Below the pieces are notes generated by a model. It made no database searches. It saw only the letters and a program-made list of their open reading frames with translations, and was not told where the DNA came from. The position numbers were made by a program, and so were the translations under genes. A stretch of 64,000 nucleotides of DNA from an uncultured Phycisphaerales bacterium (lineage in GTDB: Bacteria > Planctomycetota > Phycisphaerae > Tepidisphaerales > Tepidisphaeraceae), in NCBI GenBank assembly GCA_963755915.1, contig CAVWLP010000002.1, positions 1,312,001 to 1,376,000 of the forward strand, given 5' to 3'. The first letter of the stretch is position 1; each line of letters starts with the position of its first letter. Positions 30,952 through 40,663 of this stretch are shown one piece after another.

Positions 30952-32673
30952 TCAGTTGGTGATCTGGAACGTCTGGGATATCGGTTCGGCGGATTGAACG
31001 CGCGGGTCGATCGTGCGCCCCCATTGCCAGGCGACGACAGTAACCGCAATGGGAAATTTCGAGCGCGGCGGAATTGGCGTAAACGTCAGCTCGCCCGCAT
31101 CGTCAACCTCGGCAGGACCTTCGCGGACGTAGTAATAAACGGGAAGATTCGCCGATGATGTTGCCTGCAGTTTGATCGATGGCATGGATGGCGAGGCGTG
31201 CTGGTCGGGGATTTGGGGAAAGGTGATTTCCTGGGGCGTGCCGACGGTGTTGGTGAGGGGAAAGCGCAGCTCGGCTTGCTGAACCATTTTCTTATATTTG
31301 CCGTCACCGGGGTAGGTCATGATGAGCCAGATGTCGTTCGCGCGTTTGGGGTTGTCGAAGCCGACGCGGTCGAAACGGATTTTGAAGGTGTCGGGGGCGC
31401 TCTGGATGACGGGGCCTTCGATTCGCGCGATGCTGAGCAGATTATCTTCGCCCTGTGGGTGCGGGATGGGATCGTCCTGGGAAAATGTGGCGACGCCTTC
31501 GCCCAGCCAGCCGTCCCATTCCGAGCGCTTGCCGTCTTTGGTTGGGGGAACATTGTCCCAGAAGCTGCCGGTGAGTTTGAAGGTCATGCCGTCATCCTGC
31601 GGCTCAAACTTAAGATGGACCATCGCGTGGTCAGCGGTGGGGGGCGTAAGCCCGGCGCTTTGGCGATACCCGATAAGGACATTGGTCTGGCCACGATATC
31701 TGGACTGGAAATTCTCGATGGCTTTGGCCATTTCGCCGTCGAACGCCCAAAAGGCGGTGTCGGGTTTTCCCGTGAAATCTGCGACGGGAGCGCTGGCGGC
31801 GGATGGAGGAGCGGCGGCGTGCCAGACTTCATAGAGCCAGCCCTGCTTCGCCGCGTCAATGGGGATGAGCGTGGGGGCATGGCCGGGCGCGGAATCGGCG
31901 GGAAGGCGATATTGAACGGCTTTGCGAAGGAAGAGGCCGATCAGATCGATTTTTTCGGGGCAGGCGGCGAAGTGGCCGTCACCTGGATCGACGACCTGCG
32001 TGAACGCGGCGTGCGGGTGCTTCGTGTAAAAGTCGCCTTTAAGGCCGGCGTACCAGCCTCTTTCAAGGTTGCCCTGGATTTCGAATTCGCCCTTGGTGGT
32101 CAGGCCGGGAACCTGGTCGACGCTGCGGTCGCCCCAGTAGGCGGAGTCGAAGTAGGGCCAGGTGCCGCTGAGGGAGAGGACGGCCAGGACGCGGCCGGGG
32201 TTCCAGGCGGCGACGCCCCACCCCCAGCTTGCGGTCGCGGAGTGACCCGTGGGAACGAGCGGGGCATAGGCGATTTCCTGGTAGCCGGAAACGTCCGCGA
32301 GATTCTTGAGGATTTTTTCGAGCAGCTCGCCGTCGCCCTGGTCGAAGCGGAAGCTGGCGGTGCCCATGGGCGGGGCCATCCAGACGATGGCGAAATTCAG
32401 GTCGGAGCAAATCTTGCGGAACTGGTCGGATTCGAAAATCTGCTGCTCTTCCATGTTCTGATCGCCGACCACGACGGCGCGGACTTGCCGGCAATTATCA
32501 GGGATCCACAGGAAAGCGCGGGGATAGTGCTTGCTTTCGCGCGAAGTGACGTCGTCGACGGAGACGGACCATTGATAGACTGCCGCGTGAGCGGGGCAAA
32601 CCACGAAAACAAGTACCAATAAATGGATCGCAATTGAGGAGCAAACCATCCGCCCGTGCTTTGATTCTTCCAT
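30952..32673 (-). CDS. Secreted hypothetical protein, alpha/beta-hydrolase-like
   Basis: Signal peptide ending AHA; PLVPTGHSA nucleophile-elbow-like motif; C-terminal Ig-like PQEITFPQIP domain. Confidence 0.6.
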   Translation of the reverse strand: MEESKHGRMVCSSIAIHLLVLVFVVCPAHAAVYQWSVSVDDVTSRESKHYPRAFLWIPDNCRQVRAVVVGDQNMEEQQIFESDQFRKICSDLNFAIVWMAPPMGTASFRFDQGDGELLEKILKNLADVSGYQEIAYAPLVPTGHSATASWGWGVAAWNPGRVLAVLSLSGTWPYFDSAYWGDRSVDQVPGLTTKGEFEIQGNLERGWYAGLKGDFYTKHPHAAFTQVVDPGDGHFAACPEKIDLIGLFLRKAVQYRLPADSAPGHAPTLIPIDAAKQGWLYEVWHAAAPPSAASAPVADFTGKPDTAFWAFDGEMAKAIENFQSRYRGQTNVLIGYRQSAGLTPPTADHAMVHLKFEPQDDGMTFKLTGSFWDNVPPTKDGKRSEWDGWLGEGVATFSQDDPIPHPQGEDNLLSIARIEGPVIQSAPDTFKIRFDRVGFDNPKRANDIWLIMTYPGDGKYKKMVQQAELRFPLTNTVGTPQEITFPQIPDQHASPSMPSIKLQATSSANLPVYYYVREGPAEVDDAGELTFTPIPPRSKFPIAVTVVAWQWGRTIDPRVQSAEPISQTFQITN

Positions 32674-32736
32674 GCAATGAATCTTTCTTGGCGGAACGGG
32701 CCGCGTCAACCTCGGCGTGCCAGGTCACTGATTTTA

Positions 32737-32820
32737 ACCGCGAATGACACGGATTTCGCGCAGAGGATGGCGGGTGATTGAATTTGTTTTAATCCGTGCC
32801 CATCCGTGAAATCCGTGGTT
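32737..32820. repeat. Inverted ~9-mer repeat element (ACACGGATT / ATCCGTG..)
   Basis: aaccgcgaatgacacggatt ... aatccgtgcccatccgtgaaatccgtggtt. Confidence 0.7.
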
Positions 32821-32874
32821 GTTCAAATTTCTTCGCATTCCTTCGCGCCATCGAGGTAAAATCCCCATGCCCAG

Positions 32875-33375
32875 ATGCTCTACCACGTGAGCGAGGAACC
32901 CGGCATCCCCCGCTTCGACCCGCGCCCGGCCGCCGGGCTCGATTACCCGATCGTCTGGGCGGTGCATGAAAACCGACTCAGGAATTACCTCCTTCCGCGC
33001 GATTGCCCGCGCGTCACCTTTTTCGCCGGCCTAAAAACTTCCCCGGACGACGCTGCACAGTTCCTCGGAACCGCCCCCTGCGTCGTCGCCATCGAATCCG
33101 CCTGGCTCGATCGCGTCCGGAACGCCCGCCTCTATTGCTACCGCCTGCCCGAGCAAACATTTTTCCAGGTCGACAAATGCGCCGGCTATTTTCACAGCCG
33201 CGAGCCGGTCATCCCCGCAGGCGTCGACGTCCTCAACGATCTCCTCGCCCAGATCGCCAAACGTGGCGCCGAGGTCCGTGTCCTGCCCTCTCTCTGGGAG
33301 CTGCACGACGCCGTCGCCGCCTCGACCCTGAGCTATTCCATGATCCGGATGAGGAACGCCGGACCGAGACAGTAG
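32875..33375 (+). CDS. Conserved hypothetical protein (DUF6886-like)
   Basis: LYHVSEEPGI.RF.PR..VWAV..NYLLPRDCPRV recalled family pattern. Confidence 0.6.
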   Translation: MLYHVSEEPGIPRFDPRPAAGLDYPIVWAVHENRLRNYLLPRDCPRVTFFAGLKTSPDDAAQFLGTAPCVVAIESAWLDRVRNARLYCYRLPEQTFFQVDKCAGYFHSREPVIPAGVDVLNDLLAQIAKRGAEVRVLPSLWELHDAVAASTLSYSMIRMRNAGPRQ

Positions 33376-33405
33376 AAGCGCAGGGCGATTGCATGTTCCC
33401 TCTTA

Positions 33406-33460
33406 CCCCCTCGCCCGGTACGCGGGACGCAGTCCTCCGGGAGAGGGTTGGGGTGAGGGC
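33406..33460. repeat. Palindromic CCCTC..GAGGG element with GGGACGCAGTCCTCC insert
   Basis: Same insert (reverse complement) at ~49130-49180. Confidence 0.8.
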
Positions 33461-33573
33461 AGTGAAAGAATTTCGGACCATATGCGATCGCCCTGAGTAG
33501 AAGCGGAGTCCCCCGCGATCCGTTTGCCGCTATCCCCAAATCCGGTTAAACTTCCCGCCCCAAACCGTATTCC

Positions 33574-33645
33574 GCCGAAGTAGCTCAACGGCAGAGCACC
33601 GCTTTCGTAAAGCGGGGGTTAAGGGTTCAAATCCCTTCTTCGGCT
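33574..33645 (+). tRNA. tRNA-Thr (CGT)
   Basis: Acceptor GCCGAAG/CTTCGGC, anticodon arm CCGCT-TTCGTAA-AGCGG, T arm AAGGG-TTCAAAT-CCCTT. Confidence 0.95.
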
Positions 33646-33742
33646 TTGATGCAAACGATCGCTGTACATCGGCGGTCGGCAGCGCCGCCTTCGTCATTCG
33701 GTATTCGGATTTGATTCCGATTTCTGGTCTCGGATTTCAGAC

Positions 33743-34600
33743 TCAACCCGCGATCTCCAGCGCCGCCGGCAGATACGCCTCAATCCCCTTCGCCAACTGC
33801 TTGAACACCGGCACATTCTTTTCCATGTCCCGCGTCGCCGGCGTTCGATTGGCGTCGTAGAGCACGACGCGCCCGTCCACGATGCTGTAGTCGAACTTGC
33901 CGTAATCAAACCCCATCTCCCGCCGCATGTTCCGCAGCTCATCGGGAACCGGCGCGGGCTCAATCTTCACCGCCACAGCGGATTTGATGATCGGCTGCTT
34001 CGCGTACATGATCACGCTGTCGTCCGCGTCCCCCAGGAAGCACCACATTCGCATGCAGTAGAATTCCCCCTGCTTCTCGGGCAGAAACCGCTCCACGATC
34101 AGGTCGCGGTTGTGCCAGACCATCGTGGGAACTTCGCCCACGGTATCGAAGATCGGGTATTGCCAGGTATCGATCTCCGCCCGCATGCTCCACGGCAGGC
34201 GACGGCGAATCGCGCGGGTGTATTTGCTGAAGGCGGATTTCTGCTGCGCCATTTCACCCTCGCGCCCGCCGCCAAAATTGCAATTCGTCTTGACGATCAC
34301 GGGGCCTTCATAGCCGTCGCCGCGGGTCACGATATTTTTGCTGATCGCCCGCTTGGAAATATCCTTCACCGAGGCGTTGAGAGCGATCGGATAGCGCTTC
34401 ACGAAATCCAGATACTCATCGGGAATGACGGTTAGATCGACGTGCAGAATCGCCAGGTCGGCGTCAACGAACTTGTCCGGCCCCCGCAGGACAATCACTT
34501 CAATTCCCTCTTCCTTCCAGACTCTGCTCACCCCGTTGAGCATGTGCGTCATCTGGTCGAAGTAGTCGAGTTCATGGGTAACGATCGCGATCCGATGCAT
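33743..34600 (-). CDS. Hypothetical protein, possible ATP-grasp-like fold
   Basis: PVIVKTN..GG, IVERFLPE, DYGKFDY..VLYDANRTP resemble ATP-grasp motifs. Confidence 0.55.
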   Translation of the reverse strand: MHRIAIVTHELDYFDQMTHMLNGVSRVWKEEGIEVIVLRGPDKFVDADLAILHVDLTVIPDEYLDFVKRYPIALNASVKDISKRAISKNIVTRGDGYEGPVIVKTNCNFGGGREGEMAQQKSAFSKYTRAIRRRLPWSMRAEIDTWQYPIFDTVGEVPTMVWHNRDLIVERFLPEKQGEFYCMRMWCFLGDADDSVIMYAKQPIIKSAVAVKIEPAPVPDELRNMRREMGFDYGKFDYSIVDGRVVLYDANRTPATRDMEKNVPVFKQLAKGIEAYLPAALEIAG

Positions 34601-34701
34601 GGGCGGCGCCCTCCGCCCCATGCATCGGCTGACCTTAAGAGCGCCTGAATCTGCAAATCAGGGATCAGTTCGCGCATCGCGAAACTATCGGACCAAGACA
34701 A

Positions 34702-35429
34702 TCACCACTCAAGCGTCTCCAGATGCCGCTGAATGTCCCCCGCGCTGGAAAATCGCTCCAGGATCAATGAATCCTTCCCTCCGCGGATGATCTCCTTCAC
34801 CACCTTCGGCTGCCGCGCGTACGCCGCCCGTCCCCCCACCAGCACCAGGAAAACCTCCAGCAGGTTCAGCACATCCTTCTCGATCTTCGATCGGCTCGGC
34901 TTGCCCAGGTCGAAAAAATCCAGCAGCCTCACATCGAATCCGATCCCCTGCCGGCGGATCATGATGTTGTCGTCGTGAATGTCGCCGTGATATTCCCCCC
35001 GCTCGTGGATCGGCGCGATCCCCTTCGCCAGAACGTACAAAACATGCAACGCCTCAAATGCGCTGAGGCGATGCCCGGATTGCTGGTGCAAAAATTCGCT
35101 GAGCTTTTTCCCTTCGACGAGCTCGCTGATCACCACGATCACCTTCCGCCGGTGAACATAGGCCGTTTCCTGATGGTGATATTGCAGCAGAATCGGGCAG
35201 TGCCGCAGGGCGTCGAGCTTGCGGCATAGGCGATGGCCGCCTTGCCGGTTGGATCGCGATGCGGGTAATAAAACTTAGCCGCCCGGCGGATTCCCGTGCT
35301 TCGCTCGACGATCCTGTAAACTTCGCCCTCCCAGCCACTTCCGAGCATTTCCTCGATCTGGTATTTGCCGGCGATATACCGGCCCGAGGGAAAATCGAAT
35401 CGCTTGTTTTTACGGCTCCCGCGGTACAT
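34702..35429 (-). CDS. Small Ser/Thr protein kinase, frameshift near 35220
   Basis: LGSGWEGEVY, AAKFY, HGDIHDDNI, LLDFF. Confidence 0.8.
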
Positions 35430-35627
35430 CCCCAACATGATGCGGCCTGCCAAACACCCGGTCAATCGCGCCTCCTCACCCCCCGCCCCCGGTACTACGG
35501 GGGAGGGCAGGGGAGGGGGTTCGGCCCTCCGAGCAATCGCCTCCAACTCGTTCCGATAGCTAGGCTTATTGGAATCGCAATACTTTCTAACCCGCAATAA
35601 GCCCCCTTCGGATACTATTTAAGTGGG

Positions 35628-36017
35628 ATGGAATTCCTGAAAAGCGTTACCGGTCGAATTGTCTCCGGAATGGTCGCCCTGGCGGTCATTGCCGCCGGGA
35701 TTTCATGGTGGCAGATGGACCCCTCCACCCGCCAGATGCTCGTCACCGGCACCGGGCACATCCTGGCCTGGTTTGGGGTCGTCCTTTTCGTCCCCTGGGC
35801 CGCTTTTGCCGTCATTGGTTGGGTCGCCCGCATGGAAAGTAACCTGGCAGGGGGGTTTCTCGTCGCCTTTTTCACGCTTGCCGAAACGACCCTCCTCGCC
35901 TGGCTCTTTCAATGGCACATTGCCACCCCGACCGCCTGGACATTCCTTCTATTCGGCGGGCTGGTTTCCGGCGTATATAATCTCCTCGTCTGCGACTGGA
36001 TCGCGGAGAAAGTGTAA
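35628..36017 (+). CDS. Small 4-TM membrane protein, first gene of the kinase/ESCRT-III-like operon
   Basis: Four hydrophobic segments; 2 nt gap to the kinase. Confidence 0.75.
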   Translation: MEFLKSVTGRIVSGMVALAVIAAGISWWQMDPSTRQMLVTGTGHILAWFGVVLFVPWAAFAVIGWVARMESNLAGGFLVAFFTLAETTLLAWLFQWHIATPTAWTFLLFGGLVSGVYNLLVCDWIAEKV

Positions 36018-36019
36018 AC

Positions 36020-37063
36020 ATGCCCCAAGCTGGCCAACGTGTCGGTGAATATGTTCTGGACGCCAGGATCGGCGGCGGGACCTTCGGCGAGGTCTGGCGC
36101 GCACGCCATCACGTCTGGACCGACCAGCTCGTCGCCATCAAAATCCCCACCGATCCCCAGTACATCCGCAACCTCAAGGGCGAAGGCGTTGCCATCCACG
36201 GCCTCGTTCACCCCAACATCGTCCGCGCCATCGGGTTCGATCCCTATGCCGAGGTCCCCTACCTCACGATGGAATATGTCCCCGGCTCCAGCCTGCGGCC
36301 ACTGATCGAAAAGAAAACCCTCACCGTCCCCCAGGTCATCTGGATCATGCGGCAAGCGCTGGCGGGCCTGAAATACGCCCACGATCACAACGTCATTCAC
36401 CGCGACATCAAGCCGGAAAATATTCTCGTTCACGAACGCGCCCTCACCGACGGTTTCGATGTCGAAGGGGTCATCAAAATTACCGACTTCGGCCTGGGCA
36501 AAGCCGCCAACAGCACGATGGGATCGATCGCCTATTCGGCATCACTGAACACGCCCGCCGCCAAAGAAATCGCCGGCACGCTCGATTACATGGCCCCCGA
36601 GCAGCGCGGCGGCGCTGACCCGCAGGCAAAATCCGATCTCTACGCCTGCGGCGTCATCCTCTACGAAATGCTCACCGGCGAACGCCCCGCCGGCACCGAT
36701 GTGCCCAGCGATCTGAATCGCTCGGTCCCGAAATATCTCGACGACGTTTTCCGCCGCAGCTACGCCCGGCTCGACAAGCGTTACGCCTCGGCGGACGAAT
36801 TTCTCGCGGCGCTGCCACCGCCGCCAACCGCCTCGCGACCGACGCCGCCGCCGCTGCCCCGCGCGGCGATTCCCCTTCCATCCGCCCGCTGCCCACAGTG
36901 CCAGAAACCGGTCGATGCCACCGACCAGTTCTGCATGTACTGCGGCGTGCAGCTTGTCGCCCAGGTTCGCCGCTGCCCCAAGTGCGGCGCCTTCCCCGAT
37001 CAATCCGACCGCTACTGCATCTTCTGCGGCGAGGCGCTTTCACCCCAGCCGATTTCCGCATAA
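36020..37063 (+). CDS. Hanks-type Ser/Thr kinase with C-terminal double zinc ribbon
   Basis: GGGTFGEVW, VAIK, HRDIKPEN, DFG, YMAPE; Pro-rich linker; CPQC..CMYC..CPKC..CIFC. Confidence 0.95.
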   Translation: MPQAGQRVGEYVLDARIGGGTFGEVWRARHHVWTDQLVAIKIPTDPQYIRNLKGEGVAIHGLVHPNIVRAIGFDPYAEVPYLTMEYVPGSSLRPLIEKKTLTVPQVIWIMRQALAGLKYAHDHNVIHRDIKPENILVHERALTDGFDVEGVIKITDFGLGKAANSTMGSIAYSASLNTPAAKEIAGTLDYMAPEQRGGADPQAKSDLYACGVILYEMLTGERPAGTDVPSDLNRSVPKYLDDVFRRSYARLDKRYASADEFLAALPPPPTASRPTPPPLPRAAIPLPSARCPQCQKPVDATDQFCMYCGVQLVAQVRRCPKCGAFPDQSDRYCIFCGEALSPQPISA

Positions 37064-37069
37064 ACCGTC

Positions 37070-37399
37070 ATGATTCATCTGGCCGTCAACCTCTTCCTCT
37101 TCGTGGTCTTCACCTTCGTGGCGCTGGGGCTGTTTATCACGGTTGTCATCACGCGCGTCATCCAGGGAATCTTTTACGCCTTCGGGCAACTCACGCGCGT
37201 CATTGGCCTCGGTCACCGCTATCAGATGCCGCCGGTCTTCACCAGGCGTTGTAGCCGGTTCCGCTGCGGCGCGAGAAACCCGATCGAAGCCAACTACTGC
37301 CGCCGCTGCGGCTCCCCGCTGCCGCGCGCGTATGCGCGTGCCCAGGCCGATCCGTCCGCCGCCCGCAGTAAATGGGTCTCTTCATCCGTCTCCTTATGA
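37070..37399 (+). CDS. Membrane-anchored zinc-ribbon protein
   Basis: N-terminal TM, then CSRFRCGARNPIEANYCRRCG. Confidence 0.8.
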   Translation: MIHLAVNLFLFVVFTFVALGLFITVVITRVIQGIFYAFGQLTRVIGLGHRYQMPPVFTRRCSRFRCGARNPIEANYCRRCGSPLPRAYARAQADPSAARSKWVSSSVSL

Positions 37400-38347
37400 G
37401 CACGTTTACTCCAACCGCGCAGACGCTCCATCCGCCGGACCGGCCCGACAATCTCTCCGCCGCCGTCCTGCACAGCCTGAGCCGGCCCATCGCCGGCCAT
37501 GTTTATTCCGGCGCAATCTCCGGCTTCATCTGCGCGGCGATCACGTTCGGCCTGCTGCCGCTGATCTCCTGGCCAAAAAAATTCAGCCGATTCGTCATCG
37601 CCGAGCAGCAGCAGTTCTGGCATTTCGTGGAATGGCTGCGGATCCGCACCGGCGACGAAGACGCCGCCAGGCTCCGCGATTCCGTCCGCCAGACCGGCGC
37701 GCCGCCCACTTTGTCGATCGTCCCCATCGCCATGCTCGTCATCGTCGCCTTCGTTTTTGTCCCCTTCGTGCAGGGCGGCGGATTGGCCCACGGCCACGCC
37801 TACTGGAATCACGGCGTTTGGATTGATAATTCGTTTCGGCCCGAGTTCCTGACCATCTATTCCAACCCCCTGCTTCACGTTTACAAAATCTGGGTCATTT
37901 GCCTTTGCATCGCCTACGCTTCGCATTGGCTCCACGTCCACCAGCACCTTTCAGAAGTCAACGCGTTCCTCCGCAATCTCAACCCTATCCTCATGCGCAA
38001 AATCTCCCCCCGATGCAGGGCTATGTGCTGGGCCTGGGCCTCTCGCCGCTTTGGATGATCGCCGGTCTGATTGGCCTTGCCTGCGGCGCATGGTGGGCCA
38101 TTCCCGCCGCGCTCGCCGGCGCGGTCCATCAACGCTACTGCAAGCGCACCAGCACCCGCCTGCGCGGCGAGCTCGCCTTGCGCGCAGCACGCTCCTCCAG
38201 CGCCAGCGCCCTCCGATCAACGTCCCAACGCCCGCCGGATTCCGCGTATTCTGCATCAACGAACTGTGCGGCAAATCGCTGCCGGTCTCGGCGACTTTCT
38301 GCCCGCGATGTGGAACGCGGTTGCCAAGGACCGATGCGGTGGCGTGA
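37396..38347 (+). CDS. Multi-TM protein with C-terminal zinc ribbon, frameshifts near 38000 and 38190
   Basis: TM segments in ORFs 37372 and 37899; CINELCGKSLPVSATFCPRCG in ORF 38051; ATGA overlap with the upstream gene. Confidence 0.7.
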
Positions 38348-38356
38348 ATTCACATC

Positions 38357-38452
38357 ATGAACGTCGTTTACGCTATCATCTCGATCACCGGCTGGGCCTG
38401 GTGCATCGTCGCGATGATCTTTCTATTTCTTAAACTTCGCCGAAACGCATGA
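38357..38452 (+). CDS. 31-aa single-TM microprotein (absent from ORF track)
   Basis: MNVVYAIISITGWAWCIVAMIFLFLKLRRNA*; stop overlaps next ATG (ATGA). Confidence 0.6.
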   Translation: MNVVYAIISITGWAWCIVAMIFLFLKLRRNA

Positions 38453-39286
38453 GCGATAGCTCCGATCCAACCCGCCACCAGCAGCTCGAGGCCCAGTTCC
38501 TCGCCCACGTCCAGCGTCTGCTGGCAGATGACCGTCTCCGCCTCCCCACCGCCGCGGGACGCAAATCGGTCGTCACCCTCCAGCGCGACATCCGCTTTTC
38601 CGATCGCGGCGTCGAGCTCAAACGCCTCATGCAGCAACTCGGAAAACCCGACCGCAAGCTCGAAGCCCAGATGCCCCTCGGTAAATCGATGGACATCGGC
38701 TTATCCCGCAAAAAATTCTGGATCTTCAAATCCGGCGTCGGCCGCGTCAGAGCAATCTGCTATTCCCCCTGGCAATCGCTGATCTCCGGCCAATCGCCGC
38801 AGCCGATGTCGGCGGCCGATCTTTCGCAAACCCTCTCCTCCACGCCCCCGCCCCTGCCGGGAATCCCCGTCACGCTGGCGATCATGTCCACCTCCGGCTT
38901 CACCCCCGAAGCCCGCAAGGCCGCGTCAGAAATTAAAGACCGCACAATTATCCTGGTTTCCCCCAACGACGCCGGCGGATGGTCGATCTCCGCCAACCCC
39001 GACGCCAAAGACATCGCTCCCCTCTTCGATCCCGAACTCGACCGCGAAAAACGCGCCCGAATCCGCTCCGAAATCGACGCCAACCGGGCCTCCCTGCTTT
39101 CTTCCGGCATTGCCGCCGATAAACTGGCGGCCAAGTTGCAACTTTCGCCCCAGCTCGTCGAATCTGAGTTAAAATCGTATGCTCGGGAAAGCCCCGGCCT
39201 GTCAGGTCAAACGCCTCGACGGCCGAACGGTCTTGTTCCGTGAAGGCTCCGCGCCACTGCCGGCTGACGCCGCTGGAGGTCTCCAT
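38449..39286 (+). CDS. Hypothetical protein with restriction-endonuclease-like core and putative winged helix; may read into the downstream Snf7-like ORF
   Basis: TLAIMSTSGFTPEARKAA..TIILV (Mrr-like C-terminal motif); IAADKLAAKLQLSPQLVESELK HTH-like; stops at 39243 as sequenced, but one-base removal near 39202 gives GLQVKRLDGRTVLFRE in frame with 39287. Confidence 0.55.
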
Positions 39287-39912
39287 ATGCCGTTCATCGA
39301 CAAAATGAAAACCCTCTTCGCCCGCAAAGGGGAGGTCGAAAAGAAAATCACCTTCCTCTCCGAGCGGCGAACCGCCCTCAGTCAGCAGCTCGACCGCGGC
39401 TACGAAGACATGGGCGTCATGGAAGCCCGCGAGGCCGAGCTTCGCCAGCAGTTCAAGGACGCCACCGGCGACCTGCCCCGCCGCCGCATCACCAGCCAGC
39501 TCCTCCAGCTTCGCAAAGACATCGAGCGCCGCCAGCAATTGCTCTCCGTCCTCAACCAGCAGATCAACGTCGTCAGCACGCATCTGCACAACCTCGAGCT
39601 TCAGCGCCAGGGCCAAAGCGCCAAGCTTCCCGACAGCGAAGAAATGGCCGCCGACGCCGCAGCCGCGGAAGAAGTCCTCGCCGAGCTCCAGGCCGGCAGC
39701 GAATTGGCCGAATCCGTCGGCGCGGGCGTTCACGGCGGAATGAGCGACGAAGAGCAGGCCCTCTACGAGGAACTGATGAACGATTCCAAAACCGCCGCCC
39801 CCGCGCCCGCGACGACAGATTCGACCCCGGCCGCGAAGGCGCTCCCGCGCCGCAAGCAGTTAAACCCCCGCCCATGCCCCAGCGACAGCGCAGCGAACCC
39901 GAGGCCGGCTGA
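39287..39912 (+). CDS. Snf7/ESCRT-III/PspA-like helical protein 1, frameshift near 39845
   Basis: GGAGGT RBS at 39275; MPFIDKMKTLF amphipathic start; helical hairpin (..ITSQLLQLRKDIERRQQLLSVLNQQINVV..LHNLE); acidic MSDEEQALYEEL; Pro-rich tail ends PEAG* in shifted frame. Confidence 0.65.
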
Positions 39913-39917
39913 TAATT

Positions 39918-40529
39918 ATGGCACTCATCGACAAAATCTTCGGCCACAAGAAAACCCTCAGCGAGCTCAATCGCCAGGAGCTCCGCAAGGAGGAAATCCT
40001 TCTGACCAAGCAGCGCGACCGCCTCTTCAAGCGCATCGAGCAGATCAGCACCAACAAGCAGAAAATCTTCCAGCAGGGCGCCACCCAGAAATCCCCCGAG
40101 CTGCGAAAATCCCTCGCCCAGCAGTTCGAGATGGAAACGCAGGAGCAGCTCATGGCCGCCCGCGAGCTGACCCTCCGCAGCAAGGAGCTGATGACGGTCA
40201 GCCGCCTGCGCATGGTCAAGGAAAACACCGAGCGCGGCAAAGGCGCCGGCCGATTGAATCTCACCGACAAAGACGTCGCCAAGATCACCCAGTGGATCGA
40301 AGACGATGCCGTCTCCCAGGACGTCTATCGCGACCGTCTCGACAGCTTATTGGAACTCGGCAACCAGTCTGATAAAGACGCCCTCGAATCCGCCGGCCTC
40401 ACCAGCGCCGGCCAGGAACTGATGAACATCTGGAACGACATGGACCGCGGCGCGGTGAAGCCGGAGCAGGCTTTCGACGCCGCCGACAAGGCCGTGCGGA
40501 AACACAACGCTCCCGACAAGGAAATGTGA
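39918..40529 (+). CDS. Snf7/ESCRT-III-like helical protein 2
   Basis: MALIDKIFGHKK start; basic coiled N-half, acidic C-half; 203 aa. Confidence 0.6.
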   Translation: MALIDKIFGHKKTLSELNRQELRKEEILLTKQRDRLFKRIEQISTNKQKIFQQGATQKSPELRKSLAQQFEMETQEQLMAARELTLRSKELMTVSRLRMVKENTERGKGAGRLNLTDKDVAKITQWIEDDAVSQDVYRDRLDSLLELGNQSDKDALESAGLTSAGQELMNIWNDMDRGAVKPEQAFDAADKAVRKHNAPDKEM

Positions 40530-40555
40530 TGGAACTCCCAAAAAACAAAATCTAT

Positions 40556-40638
40556 TTCGCAGAGAGCGCAGAGATCGCAGAGGAAAACGCGGAAATCAGA
40601 CTTCGAATTTCCCTCCGCGCCCTGCGCCTCAGCGCGAA
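40556..40638. repeat. Inverted 9-mer repeat element (CGCAGAGA.. / ..CTCCGCG)
   Basis: tcgcagagagcgcagagatcgcagagg ... cctccgcgccctgcgcctcagcgcga. Confidence 0.75.
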
Positions 40639-40663
40639 ACCTCTTCTTTTAAGGTGCGACGCC

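Noticed and set aside
26880-33645. Prophage or ICE integrated at a tRNA
   Set aside because: No integrase, phage or conjugation genes and no att repeat found
38449-39243. Restriction-modification or defence nuclease
   Set aside because: No methyltransferase nearby and no clear PD-(D/E)XK catalytic residues; only the C-terminal structural motif is visible
39913-40372. Long C-terminal tail of ORF 39179..40372
   Set aside because: Read-through after a frameshift near 39845; it overlaps the real gene 39918..40529 in another frame
40526-40663. 46-aa N-terminal extension of the third Snf7-like ORF
   Set aside because: It is translation through a 9-mer repeat element; ATG 40664 has an AAGG RBS and a paralog-like start
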